Both the position numbers and the translations under genes were made by a program. Below, piece by piece: positions 38,338-50,498 of a DNA stretch of 64,000 nucleotides. The stretch lies in NCBI RefSeq assembly GCF_004010195.1, contig NC_057713.1, positions 133,356,561 to 133,420,560 on the forward strand, written 5' to 3'. This DNA comes from Chiloscyllium plagiosum. Lineage: Eukaryota. A model generated the notes under the pieces. That model ran no database searches. It was not told where the DNA came from and saw only the letters and a program-made list of their open reading frames with translations. The number at the start of each line of letters is the position of its first letter. The first letter of the stretch is position 1.

Positions 38338-38580
38338 GTCATTGTAATAAGGTCATTGTAATGAGGTCATTGTAATGAGGTCATTGTAATGAGATGAACC
38401 TCATAGAATAGGAGTCACCCGATTGGGGCTGTTGATCTGGTCCAATCAGGGAGCCCTGGCTGACATAAAAAGCTGAATATCAGGGACGTTAGGTCCCTGG
38501 AATGCCCGACTCAGTGAGAGGCAGTGCTGTTGTCAAAAGCCATGTATTTGTACATAAAGGGTGATTGGTGATGGAATGAA
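38338..38580 (+). mobile_element. Solo LTR (Gypsy-like) with 14-bp tandem repeat (GTCATTGTAATGAG x4) at its 5' end
   Basis: TGTAATGAG start, CCAATCAGGGAGCCCTGGCTGACATAAAA promoter-like block. Homologous to the minus-strand copy at 56306-57010. Confidence 0.6.
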
Positions 38581-39129
38581 GGGTCAGTTCAGGCGTCTTG
38601 CCACCTTTTGCTAGTGAAAGACTCATCTGATAAAAATGTAAGATTTTTGCCTGATGAATTTAGAAGTGGTCTGAATCAAACTATCAAGCTGTTCTAAGAT
38701 GCTGCTGAGCCACATCTCGATATCGATTTGTGCTGTATGAAATATCTGCCTTTGTTTGTTAGCAATAAACTCCTGTGCACCTGTTGCTGCACAGAATTTG
38801 GCAGCAAAATGAAGTGACCAGATGCCATCGATAATAAAGTCAGTAGGTTGGCTCTTTGAGTATGAAGGACTGACAGCTCTCCATGTGGCATTATCAATCC
38901 TTGGAAAGGAAAGCGTTCCTTTAATAGCTAAACTTTGTCAAATCAAAGTGATTTTACAGCAAAGGTGCTGGCTGTTACATTAACCATACGATTCCTCTGG
39001 AAAACTGAAAGACATAGACACCACATAAATTACATTTTAACTGGGCTGTGATGAATATTCATATATGTATCAGTGGAAAATGATGCCATTTTGTTAGAAT
39101 CGTTTACAGATAGGGTAGTGGCATGCAGT

Positions 39130-39600
39130 CAGAAAGGTGTTGCCCTCATAGTCCTGAACTTTGACTCAAGCTCCCATTAACAATTGAACATGGACAATTA
39201 AATCTCCTGATGTTGTCACCTTTCTCTGTCAGCTGAGGAATCAATACTTCCTCATGTTGGACACCGTTTGGAAGAAGCATTGAGGGTGACAAGGACAGAG
39301 AATATATTCTGTACGGTGGGACTTCAATATCCATCTCAAAAGTGGCTCCTGACTGCACTGGTCAAGATCTACAGTTCGTAGCTGCCAGTCTCAGTCTGCA
39401 GCAAGTGACAAGGGAGCCAGGAAGAAGGGAAAGCTGAGCTGACCTCTTCCTCACCAATCTATCTGCAGATACATATCTTCACAGCAGTATTGGTGACCAG
39501 TACACACTCCTTATGTAATTGAAGCTCAAATGCCCACCATTATATTGCGAGGCATTACCATTGTGTAAATGAGGTAGATGGAGAATCGATCTAATTACTC
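39130..39600 (+). mobile_element. LINE endonuclease remnant (second CR1/L2-type family)
   Basis: HGQLNLL..., LLHVGHRLEEALRVTRTENILYGGDFNIH-like degenerate motifs. Confidence 0.65.
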
Positions 39601-39622
39601 AAAGCTGGGCATCCAGGAGGAA

Positions 39623-39849
39623 GCTGGAAATGTGTTGCTGGAAAAGCGCAGCAGGTCAGGCAGCATCCAGGGAACAGGAGAATCGACGTTTTGGGCATAA
39701 GCCCTTCTTCAGGAAGAAGGGCTTCCTGAAGAAGGGCTTATGCCCGAAACGTCGATTCTCCTGTTCCCTGGATGCTGCCTGACCTGCTGCGCTTTTCCAG
39801 CAACACATTTCCAGCTCTGATCTCCAGCATCTGCAGACCTCACTTTCTC
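39623..39849. mobile_element. Young Penelope family A inverted pLTR pair with 13-bp TSD
   Basis: Arms of about 95 bp nearly identical. CATCCAGGAGGAA at 39610-39622 and 39850-39862. Confidence 0.92.
39722..39758 (+). ncRNA. Minimal type I hammerhead ribozyme motif (family A)
   Basis: CTGAAGA(39726-39732)-A-GGGC-TTAT-GCCC-GAAA-C-GTC. Predicted cleavage after 39753. ACGT palindrome replaces stem III. Activity not demonstrated. Confidence 0.7.
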
Positions 39850-39968
39850 CATCCAGGAGGAACCCAGGGCCATCAGCAGCAGCAGAATTGTAATTCACTG
39901 CAAACTGTAACCTCGTGATCTAGCATGGCACTTACTTTACCAATAGGAGTAGTAGAGGGCTCCACTAC

Positions 39969-40003
39969 CACCTGATGAAGGAGTGTCGCTCCGAAAGCTA
40001 GTG
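39969..40003 (+). ncRNA. Minimal type I hammerhead ribozyme motif (family B)
   Basis: CAC-CTGATGA-A-GGAGT-GTC-GCTCC-GAAA-G-CTA-GTG. Stem I CAC/GTG and AGCT palindrome. Lies in a family B pLTR (39966-40090). Confidence 0.7.
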
Positions 40004-40094
40004 TGCTTCCAATTAAACCTATTGGACTATAACCTGGTGTTGTGTGATTTTTAACTTTGTACACCCCAGTCCAACACCAGCATCTCCAAATCCT

Positions 40095-40965
40095 TTATCC
40101 ATGTTTTGGCCTCAATTGCTTTCTGTGGCAGAGGAATCCACAGGTTCACCACTCTTCAGGTGAAGGTATTTCTCCTCACCTCAGTCCTAAATAGTTTTCT
40201 CTGTATCACAGAGTCATAGAGATGTACAACACATAAACAGACCTTTTGATCCAACTCGTCTGTACCGACTGGATATCCTAATTTAATCTAATCCCATTTG
40301 CCAGCACTTGGCCCATATCCCTTCCGATTCGTATACCTGTCCACATGCCTTTTAAATGTTGTAATTGTACCAGCCTCCACCACATCCTCTGGCTGCTCAT
40401 TCCATACACGTACCACCCTCTGCGTGAAAAAGTTGCCCCGTAGGTCCCTTTTATATCTTTCACCTCTCACCCTAAACCTATACCCTTTCATTCTGGACTG
40501 CCCCACCCCAGGGAAAAGATTTTGTCTATTTATCCTAACCATGCTCTTCATGATTTTATAAACCTCAGCCTCAAATGCTCCAGGGATAACAGCAATAGCC
40601 TGTTCAACCTCTCCCTATAGCTCAAACCTCCAACCCTGGTAACATCCTTGTAAATCTTTTCTGAACCCTTTCAAGTTTCATAACGTCTTTCCGATAGGAA
40701 GGAGACCAGGATTGTACACAATATTCCAAAAGTGGCCTATAGCTGCAACATGTCCTCCCAACGCCAAACTCAACGCACTGACCAATAAAGGAAATCATAC
40801 CAAACGCCTTCTTCACTATCCTATCTACCTGTGACTCCACTTTCAAGGAACTATGAACCTGCACTCCAAGATCTCATGTTCAGCAACACAGGATCTTACC
40901 ATTAAGTGTATAAGTCCTGCTAAGATTTGCCTTTCCAAAATGCAGCACCTTACATTTATCTAAAT
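40095..40965 (-). mobile_element. CR1 LINE 3' fragments
   Basis: ORFs 40288-40551 and 40622-40864 (RPLLEYCVQSWSP, FFTQRVVRVWNE). Confidence 0.9.
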
Positions 40966-42194
40966 GGGATAACATGATGTCAATGATCACATGATTGCAG
41001 GTATCAAAGAGATGTAGTTGCAGGTTGGAGCTGGGGACTGAGTATTCCAGAATATATAGATAATTGTCAGGTATCTGGGAAGCTACCCCAATACCTTCCA
41101 TTGCACCAGCTGCAGGTGAACCACCATGGCAAACTGGGATGGGGCTTGTGGGTGAAAGGACCACCTTCAACCATGTGATAGATGTCTCTGGTATAAAACC
41201 AATGAACATGTGGGCAGTGTGCATGCACTGAATGACTCAGAGCGGACAGATCATCAGCATGTTGGCACAGTCATTCTGCTGCTTGAAGCACTGTCAAGCC
41301 CAGTTGGGCTTGTTAGGGTGTGCACGGGGTCTGTTGGTGACTTGCTGCATATGTACAATATCACCGTTAATACTTGCCATCAGCTAAGAAGATACAGAGC
41401 AGGAGGTCTTAGAGATCAATGCCGGGGTCTAGGTGCTTGGAAATGCAGCCCCAACTCCCCAATCGCCAGCAGCCCAAAACACTCTCTGTAACTCACTACT
41501 TTAACAGTGCTTGGCCACAATGCAATAGAGTGTCACAAAGTAAACTGATGACTGAGATCATGCAATATTCCATATTAATGTGAATGACCCACCTTTATCC
41601 ATTCACCTGTTGTCCCTGTCTTCCACAGTGACAGCAGCGTTGCTGGTGAAGTCTCATGGTGGCTGCAGATAGCTTTGCGAGATCACCAGCTGCAGCTCTC
41701 ACCCTGGCAGGCCTGGCTGACCAACAGTACCACATCAAAGGTGTCTGACAGTAAGGGTACTGAGGGACTGCTAAGGGATATCAGTGCTGAGCTGTGAGCA
41801 GTGCAGGAAGCCAATGATGCAGAGATAGGATATAACACCGACAGATGCATTATCTGACCTTGACAGCTTATGTGACTGTTTTGAAGCCTGGCATCCAGGT
41901 TCTCACAGCTTGACCCCGGCATTGATCTCTAAGACTACCTGCTCTCCCAGTCTTTTGCTCACGTGCTTAATGGCATTTGGGCTCTCTGTGGATGTAGGAC
42001 ATCACTCGTCTTGTCCATCTTCAGCACCGAGACCTCCAGTGCTCCACGTTTGCGATCTCCCATAGTTGTGCCAAGGTGGGGTGGGAAGCCCTGCAGGAAG
42101 AAGTGAGTGGAAATGCAGAGAGGAAACCCCTAGAGACAGAAAGAAGGTTAGATGGACAAAGGGATGGTTAATAGTTAGCCAGAGAAGAAGAAGA

Positions 42195-42450
42195 GGAAAA
42201 AGTGAGCACTGCAGATGCTGGAGGTCAGAGAAGAAAAGTGCGGTGCTGGAAAAGCACAGCAGATCAGGCTGCATCGAGGAGCAGGAGAATTAACTTTTCG
42301 GGCAAGAGCCCTTAATCAGGAATATGGGGAGGGGGGGCGGGGAAGGGGGCTGAGAGATAAATAGCAGAGTGAGAGTGGGCCTGGGGTGGGGAGAAGGAGA
42401 AGAGTTGATAATGGAGACCATGGGGAGGTGAGAATGGCTTGGCTGTGCTG
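42195..42450 (-). mobile_element. Penelope family A 3' end/pLTR
   Basis: Homologous to 4384-4560. GCAGATGCTGGAG...GAAAAGCACAGC...TTTTCGGGCAAGAGCCCTTAATCAGGAAT. Confidence 0.8.
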
Positions 42451-42497
42451 AAAGCAGCCCCTGTCAAAGCAGGGCCTGGGCTGAGGGAACGGGTGGA

Positions 42498-42605
42498 CAT
42501 CTGACGAAGACTCTTACTGGATTTGAAATGTTAACTCTCTTTCTCTCTGCACAAATGCTGCCAGACCTGCTGAGTTTCCCCAGCAATTTCCATTTTTGTT
42601 TTTGG
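42498..42605 (+). mobile_element. Family C pLTR-like element (presumed Penelope)
   Basis: CTGACGAAGACTCTTACTGGATTTGAAATGTTAACTC...GCCAGACCTGCTGAG. Confidence 0.7.
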
Positions 42606-42774
42606 TTAAGAAAATTGACCTTTCTCCAAAATACACTGTCTAAGACAAATAGTTTTAAAATATAATTTATTGAAAAACGGATTTGGAATAGTATCAACCA
42701 TCCAATTATTATTCACCACTTGTGTTACATCTTTACAGAATTCCAATGAAGGAATAGTCTGTTCATTAACATTC

Positions 42775-43865
42775 AGTTAGATTTCTGCCAGGGCCACCCA
42801 GCTCCTGATCTCATTACAGACTTGGTTCAAACGTGAATAGAGGTGCTGAATTCCAGAGGTACATGAGAGTGACTGATCTGGACATCAAGGCAATACTTAA
42901 TCCAGTGTGGCATCAAGGAACCCCAGCCAGAGAGGGATCAATGGGATTCTTGGATAAACCCTCCACTATTTGGATTCACACTTAGCAGAAATGAAGATGC
43001 TACAGTTATTGGAAGTCAATCATCTCAGTCTCCACACATTCCTACAGGAATCCCTCAGTACAGGATAGTGTCTTAGCCCCAAACATCATCAGCTTCATCA
43101 ATGACCTGGCCTCCAATATCAGGTTGGAAATGGGAATGTCCAACACCATTCACAACTCTTCTGGTGTTATTATGGTCTACGATACTGAAATAGCCAGTGT
43201 CCAAATGCAGCAAGATCTGGTCAACAATCAGTCTAAGGCTGACAGGTGACAAGTCTTCTTGTGGCATGTAAATGCCAGGTAATGTCATCCCCAAGGGTAG
43301 CACTATGGCTTAGTGGTTAGCACTGCTACCTGCCAGAGCTAGGGACCTGGATTCAATTCCAGCCTCGGGTGACTGTCTGTGTGGAGTTTGCACATTGTCC
43401 CCATGTCTGTGTGGGTTTCCTCTGGGTGCTCTGTTTTCCTCCCACAGTCCAAAGACGTGCACATTAGATAGATTGGTCATGCTATTTTGCCAGAGATGTG
43501 CAGGCTGGGTGGGTAAGCCATGAAAAATGTAGGGTTATAGGGATAGAGGTGGGTTTGAGTGGGCTGTCCTTTGGAGGGTTAGTGTGGAGTCAAAGGCCTG
43601 AATGGACTGGATTCTATGAGGAGAGAATCTAACCATCATACTTTGGCATTTAGTGACATCACCATTGCTGTGTCACCCAGCCATTCCTTCACTACATTGG
43701 ATCAAAATCCTGGAATTCCCTTCCTGACAGCATCATGGGTATCCTTAAACTCTAAGGGCCACAGCCGTTCAAGATGGCAGCTCACCACCATCTTGTTCAG
43801 GGCAGTTTGAAACAGGCAATAAATGCTGGCTCAATCAACAATTCCCACGTGACTGAACATGTGAA
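42775..43865 (+). mobile_element. LINE RT-to-3' remnant (second CR1/L2-type family) interrupted by an HE1 SINE
   Basis: FCQGHPAPDLITDLVQT...DLDIKA...VWHQG, GIPQ.SVL, and a 3' tail matching 30720-30975. Confidence 0.75.
43295..43617 (+). mobile_element. HE1-like V-SINE
   Basis: TGGCTTAGTGGTTAGCACTGCT (A box), GGATTCAATTCC (B box), V-domain. Confidence 0.88.
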
Positions 43866-44327
43866 AATCATCAACCCCTGTGGATTTGAAATTATCAAAT
43901 TTACAGCACTTATTAATGTATGCATAAATTATAGTATTTCCTTTATAATTCTACAGATATGAAGCTAAAAGCCTTTTCAATCTTCTAGCCTTATTGTACA
44001 ATCCATACCTTAAGAGGCGCCAAGAAATCTCTGCTACATTGGAGCAATTCCTACCCACATTTGCTAAATATTTGAGATGCATTTTCAAGTATTCTGATTC
44101 TTTATGAAGAGTCAAGTTAGTTAATCTTTCAAAAGACCACATCATGACTGATTTGTATTTTCCCAATTATACTGTTTGCTATCTATTTCTTTAAATGTTG
44201 GAAATTTCGTGTGTTTTCCACAATGTAGACAGTCATTAAAAAAAATCTAAACATTTTTTACATAATTTACCTTAGCACTCATTTCAAGCTTTCTCCTTTG
44301 ATGTTTTTGTTTCTTTATAATCAACCT

Positions 44328-44842
44328 TTAGAAACACAGAAAATAGCTGCCGCAGTAGGCCATTCGGCCCTTCGAGCCTGAACCACCATTCAGTATAATC
44401 ATGGCTGATCGTGCAATCTCAGTATCCCATTCCCTCTTTCTCTCCCCATCCTGCCTGATCCCTTCAGCAGCATGGACCATGTCCAGCTCCCTCCTGAATC
44501 TATCTAATGGACTGCCCCCATCCGCTTCCTGTGGGAGAGAATTCCACAGGTTCACAGCTCTCTGAGGGAAGAAATTCTTCCTCATCTCAGTCCTGAATGG
44601 TTTACCCCCTTACTCTTCAACTGTGAACCCTAGTTCTGGACTTCCCCAACATTAGAAACATTCTTCCCACATCGAGCCTGTCTAGTCCCATCAGGATTTT
44701 ATATGTTTCGATGAGATCCCCCCTCGTTGTTCTAAATTCCAGTGAGTATCAGTCCAGTCGATCCATCTTTCCTCATATGTCAGTCCTGCTATCCTGGGAA
44801 TCAGTCTGGTGAACCTTCACTGGGCTCCCTCAATAGCAGGAA
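44328..44842 (-). mobile_element. CR1 LINE 3' fragment
   Basis: ORF 44328-44585 MRKNFFPQRAVNLWNSLPQE. Confidence 0.88.
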
Positions 44843-45277
44843 TAAAGAATTGTATGTAGTCATGAAAGAACTCACGAGTTATTTACAACCTGTACCATCA
44901 GTGCTGTTACTATAACTTGAACCACTTTAATTGAGCCAGTAAGCTCGTTGGTCTCACATACCTGTGAGGATTTTACGGTGTCCCATTAGCGACATGGTGA
45001 AAGGGAGACTGACCACCGCCATCTTGGCTGATATTATCTCATTTTGATGTTAACCCGGAATTGATAGCTAAGTCTCCTCTCCATTTGGTGAGATAGTTTA
45101 GAACAGAGTTTGAACACATCTCAAACTCAGTGAGAAACGTTCACCCCATATATTCCATGTCTGTGTGCATGTGACTTTGCCAATGGTAACCTGACATTTT
45201 ATTATAAAATAAGTTCAAGGATGACGCCACTATCAGGGGTGAGAATCTCTAGTTTGAGAATTCAACAATAGCAAATC

Positions 45278-45425
45278 TTAAAATAAAACAAAGAATCACA
45301 AGTGATGGAGATCTGAGAAAAAAAAAGCCACAGAAATTGCTGGAGAAACTCAGCCAGTCTGGCAATATCTGTGGAGAGAGAGAAACAGAGTTAACATTTT
45401 GGGTCCAGTGACTTTTGATCAGAAT
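45278..45425 (-). mobile_element. Family C pLTR-like element (presumed Penelope)
   Basis: AGAAATTGCTGGAGAAACTCAGC...GAGTTAACATTTTGGGTCCAGTGAC. Confidence 0.7.
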
Positions 45426-45509
45426 ATCAAATCTTAAACTGGCACCAACCGACCTGACAACAAGGCAAGGTGGAAGCGAGATTATCATTGTCATAACTTG
45501 CAGGTTTGT

Positions 45510-45685
45510 TTTGTTAATTCATTTTGTGGGATGTGGGTGTTGCTGGCTGGGTCAGTATTTATACCCGTCCCTAGTTGCCCCTTGAAAAGGTGGGGTTGAG
45601 CTGCCATCTTGAACCGCTGCAGTCCATGTGCTGTAAGTTGACCCACTATGCCCTTAGGGATGGAATTCCAGGATTCTGACCCAAG
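45510..45685 (-). mobile_element. LINE 3' tail (same family as 30720-30975)
   Basis: Reverse complement of the FKMAAQ...GGGCAACTAGGGACGGG tail. Confidence 0.75.
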
Positions 45686-45774
45686 TGAACCTGGGTGAAC
45701 CTAGTTTTTAGTTGCTTGTGAATACCACTGGTGAGGATTTCCTGTCCCTGTTATTGTAGAGGTTTGGTTAGTTG

Positions 45775-45930
45775 GACATAGAACATAGAACATTACAGCG
45801 CAGTACAGGCCCTTCGGCCCTTGATGTTGCGCCGGCCTGTCATACCAATCTGAAGCCCGTCTAACCTACACTATTCCATGTACGTCCATATGCTTGTCCA
45901 ATGACGACTTAAATGTACTTAAAGTTGGCA
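45775..45930 (-). mobile_element. CR1 3' tail fragment
   Basis: (ACATAGA)n and GCGCAGTACAGGCCCTTCGGCCC. Confidence 0.75.
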
Positions 45931-48089
45931 ACACAATTGGTGATCAAATCAATATTTATCTGTTACTTCAGTTCTGTGGAATCTGCCTTGCTTCTCAACA
46001 CCAGGAAGCTACAATATTATAGAACCACATTTCTTTAAAGATAGTACAGTATAAAAAGGTTGTTTTCCCTCTAGTATCAATGGGCATTAAATCCCACAAG
46101 TTTAACACAATCTATTCAACACTGCGGCAGTCTGCTATATTCAATCCATTCTGCTCACACTGTACACCAGAGAATTATGACAGGCATGTGTCATTCATCT
46201 TGAATTCAGTTCTTTAGTTTAAGTTCAGAGAATAATTTCAAAGCATTTTATTAAAAATGGATTCACAATCTGATTTATTCTCTCAGCAGATTTATGATAT
46301 TTCAGGTCATAGCCAATTCCAACACTGTTGTAGCACGGGGTTTAATTTCAATTATTATTCAAATCTCTACAGGATATACAATGACATGCTTACCTTAGGG
46401 TGATGAGTACATTGTAATTTGAAAATTACTGCTCTCAATGGAGAAAAATTACATTGCACATATGTAACCCTCCTGCAGCCAACATTTACATAATTTTGAA
46501 CTTGGAAGAGTGACAATAATTTCATATTTGGACTAGAGTTAGACTGAACCTTCCAGATTTGAATGTAACTTGAATGAATATTGCTTCTCTCACATTCTGG
46601 GATTTTGTGGAGATGACAGCATTTTGCAGCCCTCGTAATGCTCTGACATGAAGTAAGTTTATTTTAATCTGGCTCGTGAGTCATTACCAAATCTGCTCTG
46701 AACATTTCGCAAGATGCAATAAAAAACCTCTGTCATTGTTGCCTTGAATGTTTCAATATTGCAAATGTTAAATGAATAAGATTATTTTTACTTAGGATTC
46801 TATTTGTTCTTAATGTGCAGTAAAATAATTTGTTTGCTCTAATAAGATGAATTTTGGATCTGTAATTTCTCTAAGTCCCTTCTCCATTGACTCTCCTACC
46901 CATTATCTACCTTTGAGTCAGATTGTATTGAATTGTCTGTAACTAGTCAATGATATAGAGGTAAGACCTGAAGCACGATGTTATATGAACTTCCAGCCTC
47001 TGGTATTGGATGGCAATCACCCAATTTTCCTCCTTGTTTGCCTTGAAGATATTTTTGAGTCAGTTCAGAGATATTATTACAAACCTCTGGAGCAGCTGGG
47101 TCTTGAACCAGAGTCTTCTGGCTCAGAAACAGGGACAATACCACTGAACCTCAACAAATATGTTTATTTTTTTCTTTAATTTGCAACTAATCCAGCTGAT
47201 CTTATTTATCTCTAAAAGGGGTACACCAGAGCCATGGTGAATGCATCATTGTTTATTGTAGCAATCCATTCCAGTTGTGAATAGACAAAGATATCGATCT
47301 TTGTAGGAGGGCTTGAGGGCAGTGGGTGATATCCCTGCTAATGAGCCATAAGCTCTGAGATCCCTCCAGAAATTGGTGCATAAGATCAAAGAGACTGAAT
47401 ATCAGCTTCTAAATCTTTCCAACATAGGCCAATGGCTGACCACACCAGCAGGAATGATTTCCCATCAGCAATGTGATGGAAAGACTTTGCAACCTCCACC
47501 ATCACTATCCATGGCTTGAAGCTGGAGTGACTCTAACTCCTCGGGGTTGGCTGGATGGCCAGACAGGTGCTGCCAGCACTGGAACCAATCCCCATTGTGT
47601 TCAGGCGGATTTGGGATCCCACCCAAGGTGGAGGTTGTGGTGATTGTGGTTTGGACCTGCCCTTAGACAGAGAACAGAACAAGAGGTTCCACCTTACCGA
47701 AACTGGCCGTGGATGTCATTTCCAAGAAGTGGGAAAAGCCTGGTAAAGTAGACCAGGTTAAACCACTCCCGTATGAGATTCTGAATGATCGTTCTTGCAT
47801 CACATGTTATATTAGAGGAATATTTTCCAGCCCATTTGCATAATAGTAAATATGAATGACATCCAGAAGTTGCCAGTGGCAAATATTAGCAAGTAGGCAG
47901 CATTGTCTCTGAGCTGAACATTATAGGCCTATGGTATAGCATTATGCTTAAAGGGAATGTAAAAGTCATGAAAATTCCAATTAGCATGTCCATTGTATTG
48001 CCTCATTCCTCATGGCCAATCCAAAATAGCTGAAAAAAAGATACATTTTGTTAAAACTTTTTAACTCATCATAATAATTTGCAAACAAT

Positions 48090-48242
48090 TCTGATTTCTA
48101 ATTGAAGAGCTCATTCCTGATGAAGGGCTTAAGCCTGAAACATCGATTCTCCTGCTCCTCGGATACTGCCTGACCTGCTGTACTTTTCCAGCACTACACT
48201 CTCAACTCTGATCTCCAGCATCTGCAGTCCTCACTTTCTCCC
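48090..48242 (+). mobile_element. Penelope family A solo pLTR with 14-bp TSD
   Basis: AATTTGCAAACAAT at 48076-48089 and 48243-48256. Core CTGATGAAGGGCTTAAGCCTGAAACATC. Confidence 0.88.
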
Positions 48243-48534
48243 AATTTGCAAACAATACCAACCTGAAGGATAAACAATATGCATACTAGTGTTCAGTAGT
48301 TGGCACTAGATGTTGTTTGGTAGAGGCATTGGGGTAGTGTAAGATAGATGGGCTTCAGGTTGGTTCCACAGGTTGGCGTAACATTGAGGGCCGAAGGGAC
48401 TGTACTGCACTGTAATGTTCTATGTTCTATTGCCATAGAGAATGCAGCAGTTAGATAATGACTGACAGTTAACTGCCAAAATCCTTTTGTTCTGAAGAGC
48501 TGACTTAAAGGATCGATGAGGATAATGCTTTTGA

Positions 48535-49000
48535 TATGGTGCATGTAGTGATTGTAATGACTTGGGGAACTGGAGTTCAATTCCAGCCAGAACAGATGGT
48601 GGCATTTGGGTTCAACTTTACAAACAAAAACAAAAACTTCTGGGATTAAGTCTCATTGATATAATTGATTGTCAGGAAAAAGAACCAACTAGTTCCTTAA
48701 TGTCCTTTAGGGAAGGAAACTGTCATCCTTACCTGGGTAAGAACAATGGCTGCAGATGCTGGAAACCAGAGTCTAGATTAGTGTGGTGCTGGAAAAGCAC
48801 AGCAATTCAGGCAGCATCCGAGGAGCAGGAAAATCGACGTTTTGGGCGAAAGCCCTTCATCAGAAATACAAGCCATCCTTTCCTGGTCTGGCCTACATGT
48901 GACTCCAGACCCACAGCAATGTGGTTGACTCTTAAATGCCCCCTGGGCAATTAGGGGTGGGCAATAAATGCTGCCTAGCCAGTGATACCTGAATCCTGTG
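48535..49000 (+). mobile_element. tRNA-head SINE (second family) interrupted by a family A pLTR (-, about 48737-48872)
   Basis: GTCCTTTAGGGAAGGAAAC...CCTGGTCTGGCCTACATGTGACTCCAGACCC. TSD CATCCTTACCTGG / CATCCTTTCCTGG. Confidence 0.75.
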
Positions 49001-49029
49001 AGTATCTGCTGGAGGAAGAAAGTGAATGT

Positions 49030-49480
49030 ACTATTGCCAAATGTGAAGATGGCACAAAAATCCAAAGGCAGGTGCTGACGAGAAGCCTGCAGCAGGGTGG
49101 AGACGGGGGGAGTGAGTGGGAAAAAACCTGACAGATGGAATATATTGTGGGAAAATGTGAGGTTATGCAATTTGGGCAGAATACTAAAGGAGCTGAATCT
49201 TATTGAAATGGAGAGATTGCAGAAAGCTGCAGTACAGAGGGATCTGGGCATCCTCATGCATAAATCACAAAGAACTAGCATACAAGTTCATCACCTTCTT
49301 CAGGAAACCTGACAGATGGAATATATTGTGGGAAAATGTGAGGTTATGCAATTTGGGCAGAATACTAAAGGAGCTGAATATTATTGAAATGGAGAGATTG
49401 CAGAAAGCTGCAGTACAGACGGATCTGGGCATCCTCATCACAAAGAACTAGCATACAAGTTCATCAAGAAACAGGGAAGG
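49030..49480 (+). mobile_element. CR1 RT remnant containing a tandem duplication of about 165 bp
   Basis: 49124-49293 repeated at 49305-49466. Confidence 0.85.
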
Positions 49481-49524
49481 CTATCCCCCCCATGTATCAT
49501 ACAAAACAATAGATTTGTTTCAGA

Positions 49525-49625
49525 CCAAAAGAGAAAATGCTGGGAAATCTCAGCAGGTCTGGCAGCATCTGTAAGGAGAGAAAAGAGCTGACGTTTCGAG
49601 TCCAACTGACCCTTTGTCAAAGCTG
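49525..49625 (-). mobile_element. Family C-related pLTR-like element
   Basis: Reverse complement AGCTTTGACAAAGGGTCAGTTGGACTCGAAACGTCAGCT. Confidence 0.7.
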
Positions 49626-50498
49626 TTTGAGAGATGGATTGCCACAGGGAGACCTCTGCACTACATTCCTACCTTTTCTAAGTGACACCCATCTAGCTGA
49701 CTGAACCTGCAGTGTAACCATCTCTCTAAAACTACTAACTCTGTGCCTCCTGTATCTCCTCAATGATTCCAACTGCCGCCCCAACTGCTACCCCATGATG
49801 ATCATAGTCAACAAGTATGACGTTCAGAAGTTGCCAGAGGTAGGCTGCATTATCTACGAGCTGAATATTGTAAGCCTACAGTATAACATCATGTTTAAAG
49901 GGAAAATTCCAATCATTTGGTCCATTGTATTGCTTCAGTTAAAATCATCCCTCCTGGCCAATCTAACATAGCTGCTCCAAACACACTCCGTGCAGACATA
50001 GTCTCCTGGGACAGTCAAGCGCTCCCTGATCTCCCACATTCAACGGGAGGAGTATACAACTCCACTGACTGCCATCTTTACCCTGGTAACAATTAGTGAG
50101 TGTAACTCATCCAAAACACCCACACTTAGCTCCAAACCCAGTGTTTGCACACTCTTGCTGCACATACTCTGTACTGGGAGAGTTTAATTCCTATCTGTTA
50201 TATTAAAGAGCCTACAAGAAGCAGCTCTAAGTACAACCTTTAAAATATCTACCCTTCCCTTACCCACTTTACAGTATGCTGAACATTATAATTCATATTC
50301 TTAAATTCAACACTTAGCTTAATTCCCAGCATTTGAAAGCTCTTTCTGATCAGGATGGAAACCGAAATGGCCGCCTCCTCCTCAGATCCACTATCGGGAA
50401 GTGATTCTCAACGCTCACCCTGCCCTCTCTGGCTCTGAGAGATGCTGATTGGCCAGAGAAAGATGTTCACCCTTTGCTTGCCACCTCAGTACTTAAGG

